Shown here: in pieces, positions 1 to 11,200 of the stretch
How the letters are laid out: each line of letters starts with the position of its first letter
Position numbering within the stretch: the first letter of the stretch is position 1
Assembly (NCBI GenBank): GCA_029258795.1
Contig: JAPDKB010000002.1
Coordinates: forward strand, 1-64,000
Direction of reading: 5' to 3'
From: an archaeon
GTDB lineage: Archaea > EX4484-52 > WAPT01
Length of the DNA stretch: 64,000 nt
The notes under the pieces: model-generated
The model's input: only the letters and a program-made list of their open reading frames with translations
Database searches by the model: none
Told to the model about the DNA's origin: nothing
Translations under genes and position numbers: made by a program

Positions 1-3000
1 AGGAGGGATTCTGTATATGTTGCCAGTAGAGGGACGAACTCCACAACCTTCACCTTAAACACCAGCACAGCTGAAAGAGGCAAGTACAATGCTTCCTTCC
101 AAATCGAGTATGTTGATTCCTGCACGGGAAGAAAAATCGTTAAGGTTGTGAATCAGACAATTGGAGTGGGGCTTGCGGATGTGAGTGCAACCTTTATAAT
201 CTCAAAACCTCTGGCTCAGGATCAATACCAACCCGTTTATGTTGTGGTCAACAACACGGGAGGATTCAATCTCCAGAACATTAATGTCACGCTCTACTTC
301 GCGAATTCAACAGGAGAGCTCTATCTGTTCGATCCACCAATCTTTAGCGTGTCATCTCTGCCTATTGGAAGCGCTCATATTGAACGTGTGGGACTCTATA
401 TACCATCGAACGTAACTCCAGGCATTTACAACCTAACAGCTTCTCTATCCTTCATTGATCAGGATAACATGCTAGCTGTCAAGAACATAACCCAAGAAAA
501 GAGAATTTACAGGGGGGTGGATGTCAAGGTTTTGCTGGACGGAAATCAAACTCTCCTGGTCTCACCCGGAAAAAAGGTCAATTTGAGTATAGTTGTGGTG
601 GATGAGGAAGAAAATGCTGTGCCTTCCAACATATCCGCGGTTATCAGGGCTTTTAACGGGTCGAAGATTGAGCTGAAGGGTAGCAACACACACATGCTTA
701 GCGTTAACTACTCTCTGCTGGATCAGGAAGGGGGGTATCTTGTTGAGGTGAATGCAACCACTCCCCCCGATTATGAGAACGAGTCCATAAGGCACGTTTT
801 CATAGCGGATACAAACAAAAGCGTGCTGGTGGTTGGTGATGACGACTCCGATCAGGGGAGTTTCACGTCAGCAAAGGACATTATCACGACCCTTTCCGAA
901 CTCAAAAACAGCATAAATTTGAGCATAGATGAATGGTCAACCAAAACTAATGGCGACGCTTACCCTGCGCTACTAAACGATTATGATATGGTGTTCTGGG
1001 ATACTGGAAACTATTACTTTGGTCTCTTCTCAAACTCAAGCGAGGTTGATGCCATAGAATCCTATGTTAATGCAGGAGGCTCAATAGTAGTGAGCGGACA
1101 GTATGTGGCGTTTGATGTTTTTAGTGGTTATGCTGACAAGGACATATTTGATAAGGTGTTACGCGTTGAAATCCCTTCAACTAATCCGCAGATAGTGTCA
1201 ACACTCGATGAGCCAATAAGTTTCAACAATAGGTATGTGACAACTTACCTTCTTCAGGGTTACGGACGTGTAGCACGAAAGAACAAAGTTCTCTACTCCA
1301 AATCAGTTTTCAGGGATAAGGTGCGTGCAAACATTAGCGCCAATGCTTCAACATTTGCAACATGGCAGAATTATGATGGAGATGCAGCAGTGATTTATGA
1401 CGGCAATTACACCTCAATCTATTTCCCATTCAGCATAAACGCGCTTCCCGATTATAAAGCGCTAATCAGCAACATCTTCCTTTTAAAATCCAGAAGTTAT
1501 CTTGCAGTCATACCTAATACAAGCTCGATTACTTTACTTCCGAACGAGTCATCAGCGCTTCAATTTGAAGTTTATGATAGATCGGCAAGCAGGCTGAACC
1601 TGACACCGGGAAAGAGTATAAACGCGACAGTTTTTAATAACGATGTGCCGGCATACACGCTACCTTTATCAAGAATTGGCACCGGTATTTATGGTCTCAG
1701 CTTTTCTTCCCCGTCAGCAGGAAAGTTTGTAATCAACATCACTGTAAAAACACCAAGGTCCTACAGAAGCTATGGGTACACCACCGTATATGTTGGAAAG
1801 CCTGTCAATTTAACCGTGATAAACGAAAGCTTGATGCAGATTCAGAATTCAACAGTGATGGTTTACGAGAACGGCAAACTGCTTAAAGCCTATGAGATTA
1901 ACAATACTGATGTGACTTTTCCTTATTGGTATGAAAATAGATATGATATTATCATCAATTCTCCCATAAAAGGTGGAGTCAGAATAGAGATGCATGGGGT
2001 TAACCTTTCCAGAACAAATCTTATGAAGCTACAGATCGTGGCCAACTATTCCCACGAGTTGCCCTACCTCATTTCGAATACAACACCGATAATCGCGATA
2101 AATGATAGTGCCTTCAATTTCAGCTATGCCACGCTTTACTTCCCAAAGAACGGAATCTATGCAGATTATCTGATGCATTGCGACGATTGGAACTTCACTG
2201 CAGGAAGGTGTGATTCCAACTGGACTCTTCAGCTTCTTTCAAATCTTGAACACGGGGAAAACGAAACGCATGTGTGGGTTAATGTCACGCACTTCACAGC
2301 TTTCGGTGTGGCGCAGGGTAAGCCACTACCAAACGTCACAACCATCAGAATTTACGATGTGACCGATGCAGCAGATTACCGCACCGATACAGGCAGACTT
2401 GTGGGAGAGGGTCTCAACACAACTTTCAACCTGTCGGTCCAGAACTATAGAATCTACCGGGTTGAGTTCGTAGTCAGGAATGACGGAACTAGACAGTGGA
2501 GCCTTGATAGTAGTGATGTGGTTTACCACACTTACCTCAACCCTTCTTGGCGGGTGCTCGACCCCTCCACATATATTTGGTATAATATAAGTGGTACTAT
2601 CTATGCGGGGGGAAGCTATAATAACGGCAATGTCACGTGGGACACATCTCTGGGTGGTAAGATAACCAACGGAGAGAGCATGGTCTTTGCGTATGTCGTC
2701 AACATCTCTGCAAAAAGTGATGAGGTAACAAACCTTTACTTCTATGTTGAGGATGTTAGCGAGGGAACAGGAAGCTATGACTGGCACACATTCAACATAA
2801 CCAAGGTGGGATATCTCCATGTAAATCTTGTGGCTCCCGCTGAAGGGGCAACGAGCTACTTAACGCAGAACAATACATTCCTGTTTAACGCATCCATAAG
2901 GTGTGTGGATGGAGTGTGTGGGGATGTGTTTGCATATCCGCGCTACAACGCAAGCGGAACTTCAGCAAACTCCATCATTCTGGAAGGAAGCGGTACACCA

Positions 3001-3582
3001 TTTTACACGAACACATCCAGCCGGTATTACTGCGGATTTATGGAAAACGGGAGCGTGTGCTATGCAAGCTGGTATGTAAACGGCACAGGAGCTCTCGATA
3101 CGTTATGGGCGCTTGATGTCATGGCGAACTCAACTTACAATTATCTTGCCCTACAGAACGATAGCGCAGACACTTATATCTACATAACTGCAGAGAGAGT
3201 CATAATCACCCTGAAATTCGATACCGTTGATTTTGGAACTCTATATCCTGGAGAGTATGGGGAGGCACTGAACAATTCAGATAATTATTACGTTGTAAGG
3301 GTTGAGGATTTTTCGAGACCTGCGAACATATACATCAAAGGAATAGACCTTACCAGCAACACAACCACATACATAGTTCCGGTAAATAGCACATATTGGA
3401 ATGATGTGTACGATAACTCAACCGCAAAGATGATGAGTAAAACCTACTCACTTATAAAGCAGCATGTTCTTCCAGGTACAGAGTTTCCGCTGTACTTCTG
3501 GATCAGCATTCCTTACGGGATAGAAGCTGGTAAATACACCGGAATAATTTACATTATGGGAAATGAAAGTGTGACGGGGTGA
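1..3582 (+). CDS. Large secreted/surface glycoprotein with Ig-like modules, 5' end outside the window; paralogous in its C-terminal half to the 4336-aa protein
   Basis: Frame is open from base 1 (the ORF track start at 148 is internal). Many N-x-S/T sequons. Modules IRIYDVT..EGLNTTF and LHVNLVAP..NASIRC..CGDV..RYN are shared with 8193-21203. No C-terminal TM helix. Confidence 0.8.
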   Translation, partial: RRDSVYVASRGTNSTTFTLNTSTAERGKYNASFQIEYVDSCTGRKIVKVVNQTIGVGLADVSATFIISKPLAQDQYQPVYVVVNNTGGFNLQNINVTLYFANSTGELYLFDPPIFSVSSLPIGSAHIERVGLYIPSNVTPGIYNLTASLSFIDQDNMLAVKNITQEKRIYRGVDVKVLLDGNQTLLVSPGKKVNLSIVVVDEEENAVPSNISAVIRAFNGSKIELKGSNTHMLSVNYSLLDQEGGYLVEVNATTPPDYENESIRHVFIADTNKSVLVVGDDDSDQGSFTSAKDIITTLSELKNSINLSIDEWSTKTNGDAYPALLNDYDMVFWDTGNYYFGLFSNSSEVDAIESYVNAGGSIVVSGQYVAFDVFSGYADKDIFDKVLRVEIPSTNPQIVSTLDEPISFNNRYVTTYLLQGYGRVARKNKVLYSKSVFRDKVRANISANASTFATWQNYDGDAAVIYDGNYTSIYFPFSINALPDYKALISNIFLLKSRSYLAVIPNTSSITLLPNESSALQFEVYDRSASRLNLTPGKSINATVFNNDVPAYTLPLSRIGTGIYGLSFSSPSAGKFVINITVKTPRSYRSYGYTTVYVGKPVNLTVINESLMQIQNSTVMVYENGKLLKAYEINNTDVTFPYWYENRYDIIINSPIKGGVRIEMHGVNLSRTNLMKLQIVANYSHELPYLISNTTPIIAINDSAFNFSYATLYFPKNGIYADYLMHCDDWNFTAGRCDSNWTLQLLSNLEHGENETHVWVNVTHFTAFGVAQGKPLPNVTTIRIYDVTDAADYRTDTGRLVGEGLNTTFNLSVQNYRIYRVEFVVRNDGTRQWSLDSSDVVYHTYLNPSWRVLDPSTYIWYNISGTIYAGGSYNNGNVTWDTSLGGKITNGESMVFAYVVNISAKSDEVTNLYFYVEDVSEGTGSYDWHTFNITKVGYLHVNLVAPAEGATSYLTQNNTFLFNASIRCVDGVCGDVFAYPRYNASGTSANSIILEGSGTPFYTNTSSRYYCGFMENGSVCYASWYVNGTGALDTLWALDVMANSTYNYLALQNDSADTYIYITAERVIITLKFDTVDFGTLYPGEYGEALNNSDNYYVVRVEDFSRPANIYIKGIDLTSNTTTYIVPVNSTYWNDVYDNSTAKMMSKTYSLIKQHVLPGTEFPLYFWISIPYGIEAGKYTGIIYIMGNESVTG

Positions 3583-3637
3583 TGGTCTTATGGATAGAAG
3601 GGTGGTTGGTTTTTTTAACACGGCTGCAGGAGGAAAA

Positions 3638-6600
3638 ATGAAGGGAAGCAGGAGACCACAGAGGCTGTCTCTCCTCCTGCAGCCATTTTTATTCTTTCTT
3701 CTCTTGCTCTTACTAATGTCGAAAGTTGGCACAGCACAGAGTCAAAGCATTGTCGTTGTCGTTTCGGAAGATGGAAGAACATGTTCTGATGCTCCTGTCC
3801 TTTACGCGAAGCCCACCGACTACCTGTGCATAAAGGTTAACTTCACAGCGCTGAATCTAACCTGCGATCCAAGAGAAAACTCGCTGGATGTTCATCTTAA
3901 AAGCGAGGTGACGGGGGGTGAGAAGAACATCAATGCATCATGTGACGAGACATCAGGTGTTGCTATCACACCCCCTTTCGAGATGAGCTCAAACCTCTCC
4001 GTCAATGAGACGGATGTTGTTAATATCTCTGTGGGCACAGCCCTTGTTTACTCCATAGAAGTTTATGTTGACGGCTCCACGCCATTTATCACCATCTTAA
4101 ATCCTGTTGATGGTGCCTTGTATCACAACTCAACACTGAATTATTCCATGAGTGTTGCGGACAATTATGGAATTAAAAACTGCACACTGATTTTGGATGA
4201 CGGAGAAAGTTATTATATCAGGGTGGAAAATGAATCGATAAATGCGTCTTTTGCCTGGATTAACGGTACAGTAGAAAACCTGCCCGATGGCGAGTTTGGG
4301 TTGAGCATAAGATGTATGGATTATGCGGGAAATGAGGGAGAAGAGGAAATAGAATTTTTTGTGGATGCCAACCCGCCAGAAATATCCTTCAGTCCGTATG
4401 AGAACGGTACAGGTGTTAGAGTGGAGGAGCTTGAAGACGTCATCATCACAGTGTTTGATAAAGCGCTCAACACAGTGGTGGATAACACAACATGCGAATA
4501 TTCCGTCAACGGAAACAAAAATGAAGTGGTAATAGATTCGATGGTGGATGACGAGTACAACATAACGATCCCTGCTGAAGAACTAAACCGCAGCAACAGG
4601 GTAGAAATAGGGGTGTGGTGTACGGACTGGTACTTCAACACTTCTGCCCTTTTCTATATGCTGGTGGATTTCAAACCTCCAGAGATCCTCACAAACCTCA
4701 CCAACAATTCCGTACATTATGAGGAAGAAGGTAATCTATCCTTAACCTTAGGCGGCGCGGATGATGCCTCAGAAAATCTGAATTGCAGTGCTGTTGCGTG
4801 GTTCATGAATCCCGAGGTTGTGGTGCTTGCCAATGAAACATTCATGGTTGAGAACAACACCAGTGTGACTTTTGAGTTAGATATATCTCAAGTATCGGCC
4901 GATACACTTCACATGAACTTGAGTTGTGCTGATTTAGCGGGAAGAACATCAACTGAACATTTTGTAGTCTTTATTGATAGGAACGAGCCGGAAATAACAC
5001 TTTATCCCGATGAAATGATGGACTGGTTTGATTACTTTGTGGTTAGAGGGCAGAAGAATCCGTACCTCCTATTTAATGTTAGCGATGATGCAACATTAAC
5101 CATTACATGCGCTTATCAGTTTGTGAACGAAACTGAAGAGCATGTCATAGAGGTGCAGAATGGTTCAACACTTAACATAAGCTTGGAAATGCTGCAGGAT
5201 GGAAATCATACGCTCGAGTTATGCTGTAACGATTCGGTACATTCTCTCTGTTATGGTGAAGATGAAGGCCGAAATCTGGTTGTGTTGCTCGATACCGTGC
5301 CTCCAGAGCCACCGCAACTTCCGGATGAGATTGTGCTGTTACATGATGAGTATTCTGATGTCTTTTATTATCTGAACGGCACCTCAACAGAAAACATATC
5401 TTGGAGTTATTCGAACATGAGTGATGTTGATCGCTTTATTGTTGAGGTCAGCGCAACGGAGACATTCAATACCACCCACACTTTTGTTGTGGAGGAGTCA
5501 GCTTTGAATTTTGGAGAGAATGCGGTGGGTGAAGAACTGAGCTTCTATGATCTCATCGTGTCTTACCCTTACCTTTATATCAGAGTCAAAGCTGCTGATA
5601 TTGCGAACAACACCTCTCCAGAAGAGGAGACCACACTCAGAGTACTCAGGATTGAGAAGTACCCAAACTCCACGCTGGTGTGCGAGAACGAAAGTGAAAT
5701 GGGTGGTATATGCTGCCTCCATACCACCAGCGGAAATTATTACTCTGGGTTTGATTACAATTTTGTGTGGAGCAAAACATCCGACATAGTTGCCAATGAA
5801 CCAGTAGCGAGATACGCTGTCGTGGAATTCAAGGGATATAGTGATGAAATACAACCATCCTGCTTAAACAATGGGGATGAAGGACTGAGCAGCTTGCTGG
5901 ATGAAGATCAAGAATTTTACCATCTCGTGGACGGAGAAAACATGACGTTAGGATTTGAGAAGATGATTTACAAGCCATATCTTTGTTTAGTTGGCTACAC
6001 AACCAACAATAGTGCGCTATACTTATATGGGAAAGCAGAACAATCCGAGGTAATCCCGCCTAATGGTAGCTACGATCTTTACTGCATCCAGCTTGAAGGA
6101 AATAGCAAAAACGTAACGCTTGAGTGCAGCGGCGGTATTGCGAGCTGTTACATAGATAAAGCTTTTCTTTATGGCAGCACCGCGTTCTACGGCAATGTGA
6201 GCCAGATTATTTTCGAGTGGTTCAACATCACTGCTAATCTCTCAATCAACTTAATCAACTTCAGCATTTATGACTGGATGGAAGGGAATGTAAGTGAGGT
6301 GGTTGTTGAAAATGACAGCTTCAGCACAATCCCATTAGTTACAAGCTTCAATCTTTCAAGCAGGAGGCAGAATCCTGACAGAGTCAGTGAGGTTGATGGA
6401 AAAGCATATTCCATAATTAATTTCACTCTCACAAACCTCTTCAACCAGCGCTTTGATGATGTAGTGGTGCGCTACCAGAACTGCACTCAAGCCTTCGGAG
6501 AAAATGCGGAATGCTCCGATGTTATCATCAGCTCAATTCAGCCGAAAGCTGTGGTGGAAGGAGTTATGGAAGTGACCATGCATGATGTCATAACGGCAGA

Positions 6601-7786
6601 TTATCTCGAGAGCTCAATAACCCCTCTTGATAATGTGATCAGGGTCAACGAACCGTTCGAAGCTGAAATCAGGGTTGCCATAAAGAACAGCGATTCCATA
6701 CCATACGATAATGTTGTGTTTCGCCCCTCCTTTAATGGATGGGAAGGTGAGGAGATAGAGATAAACATGAGCTCTCAAGAAGTTAAGTATCTGAGCGTTC
6801 CTGTATCGAAGATTTTGATAGAGGAAACTTCCATGGAGCTGAGGGATGAAAGGTTAAAAAGAAGGGAGTATCTTCGTAGGATCACAATCAACATTTTCTC
6901 AAAAGAGGACGTTGAACACTATTTACCTGAGAGCGTGATATATGCTGCTGATCTCGCCGCTCTTCCCGGATTCAACATGGAGACGTGCAGAGTGGTGTTA
7001 GATGATCAAACACCTCTTGATTCGGAGGTTAGGGACGATTCTCTCGTAATTTACCTGCCAACAGATCTTGAACATGGCGATCATAAAATTGAGATAGTGT
7101 ATCGCATCAGAAAAGAGGAGCGCGGTGAGATTTCGGGGGGAGGCGGTACCGTAATCTCCCAACCAGATAACCAAACGCAGGAAAATGTGAACGGGACAGA
7201 AAGTGGAGGAGGAAAAGTGGGAGAAGAAAACTCGTCCGGAGAGAATGAAGGAAAAGTCAATGAAACTGCGATGACCACCATACTCAAAGAATACAGAATC
7301 AATTACACCAAAAGAAGGGGGGAGATAACATTCAACCTCGAACTTCCGGTTTTCAACGAAACCCTAGTCAGCGTTAAAATTTATCCATCGAAGGTACCTG
7401 CCGGCTGGAAGGTTACAATAGAGAAAAGTTACATCCCATTCATAAAACCCGGAGAAAAGGTAGCAATCCCAGTAAAAATTGCGATATCGGCAAAGAAAAA
7501 AGCAAAGAAAGGGGTTTACTGGTTCAATGTGGTTGCTGAAGGGCTGGATGAAAAGGGAAAAGAGGTTAGGGTTGTGAACAAGATAATAGTTGATGCTACA
7601 AAGAAAAAGGGAGGATGGATGTCATCCCTCACAGGAAGGCTTGTGGGTGTGGCGGGAAGTTTAAGAACCGTCGTGGTGGCTTTGGCCGTTGTGCTTGCGG
7701 GAGTGCTGATTTTGCGCATGCTTGGTAGAAAAAGGTTAAAGATTAAGCGCATCATTAAACCTGTGAGGTGGAGACGTAAATTATAA
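3638..7786 (+). CDS. Membrane-anchored acidic surface protein with tandem Ig-like (D..PP.I) repeats
   Basis: ATG at 3638 follows GGAGG. Hydrophobic signal peptide; repeated VDxxPPEI motifs with Cys pairs; Gly/Glu linker; C-terminal TM helix and basic tail. Confidence 0.8.
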   Translation: MKGSRRPQRLSLLLQPFLFFLLLLLLMSKVGTAQSQSIVVVVSEDGRTCSDAPVLYAKPTDYLCIKVNFTALNLTCDPRENSLDVHLKSEVTGGEKNINASCDETSGVAITPPFEMSSNLSVNETDVVNISVGTALVYSIEVYVDGSTPFITILNPVDGALYHNSTLNYSMSVADNYGIKNCTLILDDGESYYIRVENESINASFAWINGTVENLPDGEFGLSIRCMDYAGNEGEEEIEFFVDANPPEISFSPYENGTGVRVEELEDVIITVFDKALNTVVDNTTCEYSVNGNKNEVVIDSMVDDEYNITIPAEELNRSNRVEIGVWCTDWYFNTSALFYMLVDFKPPEILTNLTNNSVHYEEEGNLSLTLGGADDASENLNCSAVAWFMNPEVVVLANETFMVENNTSVTFELDISQVSADTLHMNLSCADLAGRTSTEHFVVFIDRNEPEITLYPDEMMDWFDYFVVRGQKNPYLLFNVSDDATLTITCAYQFVNETEEHVIEVQNGSTLNISLEMLQDGNHTLELCCNDSVHSLCYGEDEGRNLVVLLDTVPPEPPQLPDEIVLLHDEYSDVFYYLNGTSTENISWSYSNMSDVDRFIVEVSATETFNTTHTFVVEESALNFGENAVGEELSFYDLIVSYPYLYIRVKAADIANNTSPEEETTLRVLRIEKYPNSTLVCENESEMGGICCLHTTSGNYYSGFDYNFVWSKTSDIVANEPVARYAVVEFKGYSDEIQPSCLNNGDEGLSSLLDEDQEFYHLVDGENMTLGFEKMIYKPYLCLVGYTTNNSALYLYGKAEQSEVIPPNGSYDLYCIQLEGNSKNVTLECSGGIASCYIDKAFLYGSTAFYGNVSQIIFEWFNITANLSINLINFSIYDWMEGNVSEVVVENDSFSTIPLVTSFNLSSRRQNPDRVSEVDGKAYSIINFTLTNLFNQRFDDVVVRYQNCTQAFGENAECSDVIISSIQPKAVVEGVMEVTMHDVITADYLESSITPLDNVIRVNEPFEAEIRVAIKNSDSIPYDNVVFRPSFNGWEGEEIEINMSSQEVKYLSVPVSKILIEETSMELRDERLKRREYLRRITINIFSKEDVEHYLPESVIYAADLAALPGFNMETCRVVLDDQTPLDSEVRDDSLVIYLPTDLEHGDHKIEIVYRIRKEERGEISGGGGTVISQPDNQTQENVNGTESGGGKVGEENSSGENEGKVNETAMTTILKEYRINYTKRRGEITFNLELPVFNETLVSVKIYPSKVPAGWKVTIEKSYIPFIKPGEKVAIPVKIAISAKKKAKKGVYWFNVVAEGLDEKGKEVRVVNKIIVDATKKKGGWMSSLTGRLVGVAGSLRTVVVALAVVLAGVLILRMLGRKRLKIKRIIKPVRWRRKL

Positions 7787-7797
7787 AGAGGGTGTCT

Positions 7798-8202
7798 ATG
7801 AGGGTGCTCGTGCCGAGAGTCGGGAAGAGAGGGAGAAGGAGAAAAACAATTGTTCTTGGAACAGTACTGGTTTTGTTAATCGTAATTATCATGACCTTAA
7901 TCACACGCGCCGGAATATTTACAAAACGCGCTGGTGTGGAGAACTCACGATCAGTTGTGATGGTCGTGGGTGAGGAAACTATCATAAAATCGAATGATCT
8001 CAATTTGGGATCAATAATTAACTGCACATCCAACACACTCAAATCGGTAAAGTGTGATGGAAACGAGATCCACATACTTGCTGCGGCGGTGGGAAAGCAT
8101 ACGATTGTGGTGGAAGGAAAGGCAGGATTGTGGGATAAGAAAGTTAAACTGGATGTGTGCATCGGGAAGAATAGGACAGATGCAATAACTCGGTGTGGCT
8201 GA
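7798..8202 (+). CDS. Small membrane-anchored protein of the surface operon
   Basis: Basic N-terminus followed by one TM helix; tightly packed between the two large genes. Confidence 0.6.
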   Translation: MRVLVPRVGKRGRRRKTIVLGTVLVLLIVIIMTLITRAGIFTKRAGVENSRSVVMVVGEETIIKSNDLNLGSIINCTSNTLKSVKCDGNEIHILAAAVGKHTIVVEGKAGLWDKKVKLDVCIGKNRTDAITRCG

Positions 8203-11200
8203 TGAATGAAAACAAGTTGAGGTATGGTAGATTTGCAGGTATTATGTTACCAGTTATGATAGCGGTACTGCTGCTTCCTCAGGTTTCATACGCTAAAATC
8301 GTCCTGAGCTTTGAGAAAGTAACGCTAACATCATGTGAGGAGAGCAACACAGCTTTTGCTGTTGTGTTTGATAAGAATGGTGATCTCATACCGAACGCGA
8401 GTGTTCATCTTATCTATGTATGCGAGGGGAGAAGCTCACTTTCAGTTTATGAAATGAAAGAACTTTTCAAGGGAGTTTACACTGCAGAATTTCCAGCAAG
8501 AGCGGGAATTCCGTGTGATTTTGTGGTTGTTGCATCCTATAACGGAACGGCAGAAGTTGAAGAGACAGGTAGTGTGGTATTTCCCAAGAATGGTGTGTTG
8601 GTAAGAAGGAGGTTCAGCAGGGCTATAGACCCGACCACGACCCCTTTTGTAATGGTTATAGAGGTTGATGCAAGTGATGAGAACAATGTCACAATTATCG
8701 AAATAGTGCCCTCTCCGCTTGTTGTGGAAGATGCTCCAGATGCCGAAATCATCAGAACCTCAAATACCACCATTCTCATTTACCGTAATCTTCACGGAAA
8801 GGAAAAACTGGCTTATATTGCAAGATTGCCGGAAGAAAAAGGTGTTGTGTACTCTCTAGGCAGGATGGTGATTGAAGACGGAAAGGGCGATATAGTTGTG
8901 GAAGGATATCCCGCGCAGATCGTTGCAGATCCGGTAAGAAGAAGCGACGCCTTCTTCTTCTATACCGATGGCACAAATTATGTCAGATATTCCATTTACG
9001 ATGGTTCATCCCTAACCTCTCCGTACAGCACTCTAGATGCTCAGGGCACTCCGCTCTGGATCGAGGTTGCCGCTCATCCCTCAAAGCCTGAAATGGTCAT
9101 GGCCAGTGTGGCTGATACGGGCGTTGCTTATGCTCAGGTGTGGAATGGTTCATCATGGGGTAATGGAGTTGTGCTTACCACTGCCGCGGTAACCGCTTAC
9201 AGGAGCATAGATGTTGCGTATGAGCAGAAGAGAGGCAGAGCCATGGTTGTTTATGCTGACGGCTCATCCATACCGAAATACAGGATATGGGATGGAAGCA
9301 GCTGGAGTGATGAAGGCTTTGCTATGGACGTTGGCGCTACCGTAAATATAATCGAGCTGGGGTCAAACCCAACGAGCGACGAGATAATAATGGTTACAGC
9401 AGATTCTGCAAGGGATGAAAACGCTCAGGTATGGGATGGTTCTGCATGGACCAATCTTGTTGAATTAAGGAATGATGCTTACGCTAATAGACAGTCCTTT
9501 GATGTTGCGTGTCAGAGCATAAGCGGCACATGTTTTGTTTTCTATGCCGACAATGATGACAGAAATGCTTACTACGCCGTGTGGAATGGCGTGTCATGGT
9601 CTTATCCGAACACGGCATGTTTCTTTGGTGATTTTGTTAGAACGATGGAGGCGGCTTCAGATCCGAATTCCAACAGAATTGTACTGATGGGGGTTGATAG
9701 AGATAGCGATGTGCACTTTTGTTACTACGATGGCTCAACGTGGTACGACCTCGGAGAGACAGCCACGACATCAGAGCAGGTTTATCACGCCATAGACGTG
9801 GAGTTCGAAGCAAAATCGGGGGATGCTGTGTTCGTATACAATGATAACACTGCCACGCCCAAGTACAGGATTCTTCCCTACGACTCCACATCTTTAACAG
9901 CGCAGCAATCCTTCCCATCGTCTCTTGATGCTGAGCCGTACTGGATAAAGATGGTCTCAAAGAAAGGAAGCGATGAGATAGCTTTGATAACCCTGAGTGC
10001 GGGAAACGATGTCAACGCTTTCGTGTGGGATGGCAGTGCATGGCAGAGCTTGGGCACACTAACAACAGCGTCCAGCGGCTCATACAGAGGTATAGATGTT
10101 GCATACCCACTTGAGTATTTTGCTCCAAGTTACGATGCCTGGGGGATAACTGACGGCACAAGAACTTACGTTAGCGGCGATAAGGTCTACCGCACGCAAG
10201 AGCTTATAGCTTATGCGCACTGGGAAAACGTGAGCTTGGCTTATCTCAATCATAACGGCACGGGGGTATTTACCAACTATACGATCCCCACACCATATAC
10301 GGCAAACTGGACCAACACAACCATAGATTTCAGCAATGGATCGCAGTATCCAGTGACAGGTAAAATAACTTTCTCAATCTACGCTAAGGATGTTGATAAT
10401 GTGTGGAACAAAACCCAACCATCCATAACTCTCGAACTCTGGGGGTTTGCTGAAGTAAGTGACATGTGGCTTAGTGATAGCTCAATAAACAACGGGAGTT
10501 ACGTGGTAGCTTACTGCAAGATAAGAGATAATGAGACGCTGGCAGGCATAGCAGAGTATAACGTTTCCTTTTACCTTAACTCGTCATTTCTTGGATGGAA
10601 TGTGACAAATAGCAATGGTGTAGCTCAGCTGGGCTGGGTAGACAACACATCTAATCCGCAGAACCCGACAGTGTATAATGTATCATGTAACATAACCGAC
10701 ATGCCATCGCTGTACTACAATGCAAGCGATAAAAATCGAGCGTCCACCAAACTTGAAGTTTACAGCTCAGATTATGATGTCACACCACCGACAATAAACT
10801 GGATAGATGTGGCGCCGCAGCCGGCAGGTTTCGGGGTAGAGATCACAATCACCGCAAACATAACCGATGACAAGGCGGTGGATCACGTTATTGCAAAGAT
10901 AACACCTCCAGGAGAAGAAACCGCGAGTTTAAATATGGTTAACATTTCCCAAGATTTGTGGAGCGTTAATTACACTGGCTGGAAGACAGGAGATTATACT
11001 CTCGTCATCTACGCGTATGACTCGAACGGGAATGTCGGTACCGCAACAACAGCATTCTCAGTTAGGGGCAACACGAGCATGACAGTATCCACATCCAAGA
11101 AAAAATATGCCCCATTCGAGGATGTTCATCTCGGGAAGATGACATCATACATAACAAGTGATCTTGAAACCTCAACAAAAGAAGTAACTACCTATTACGG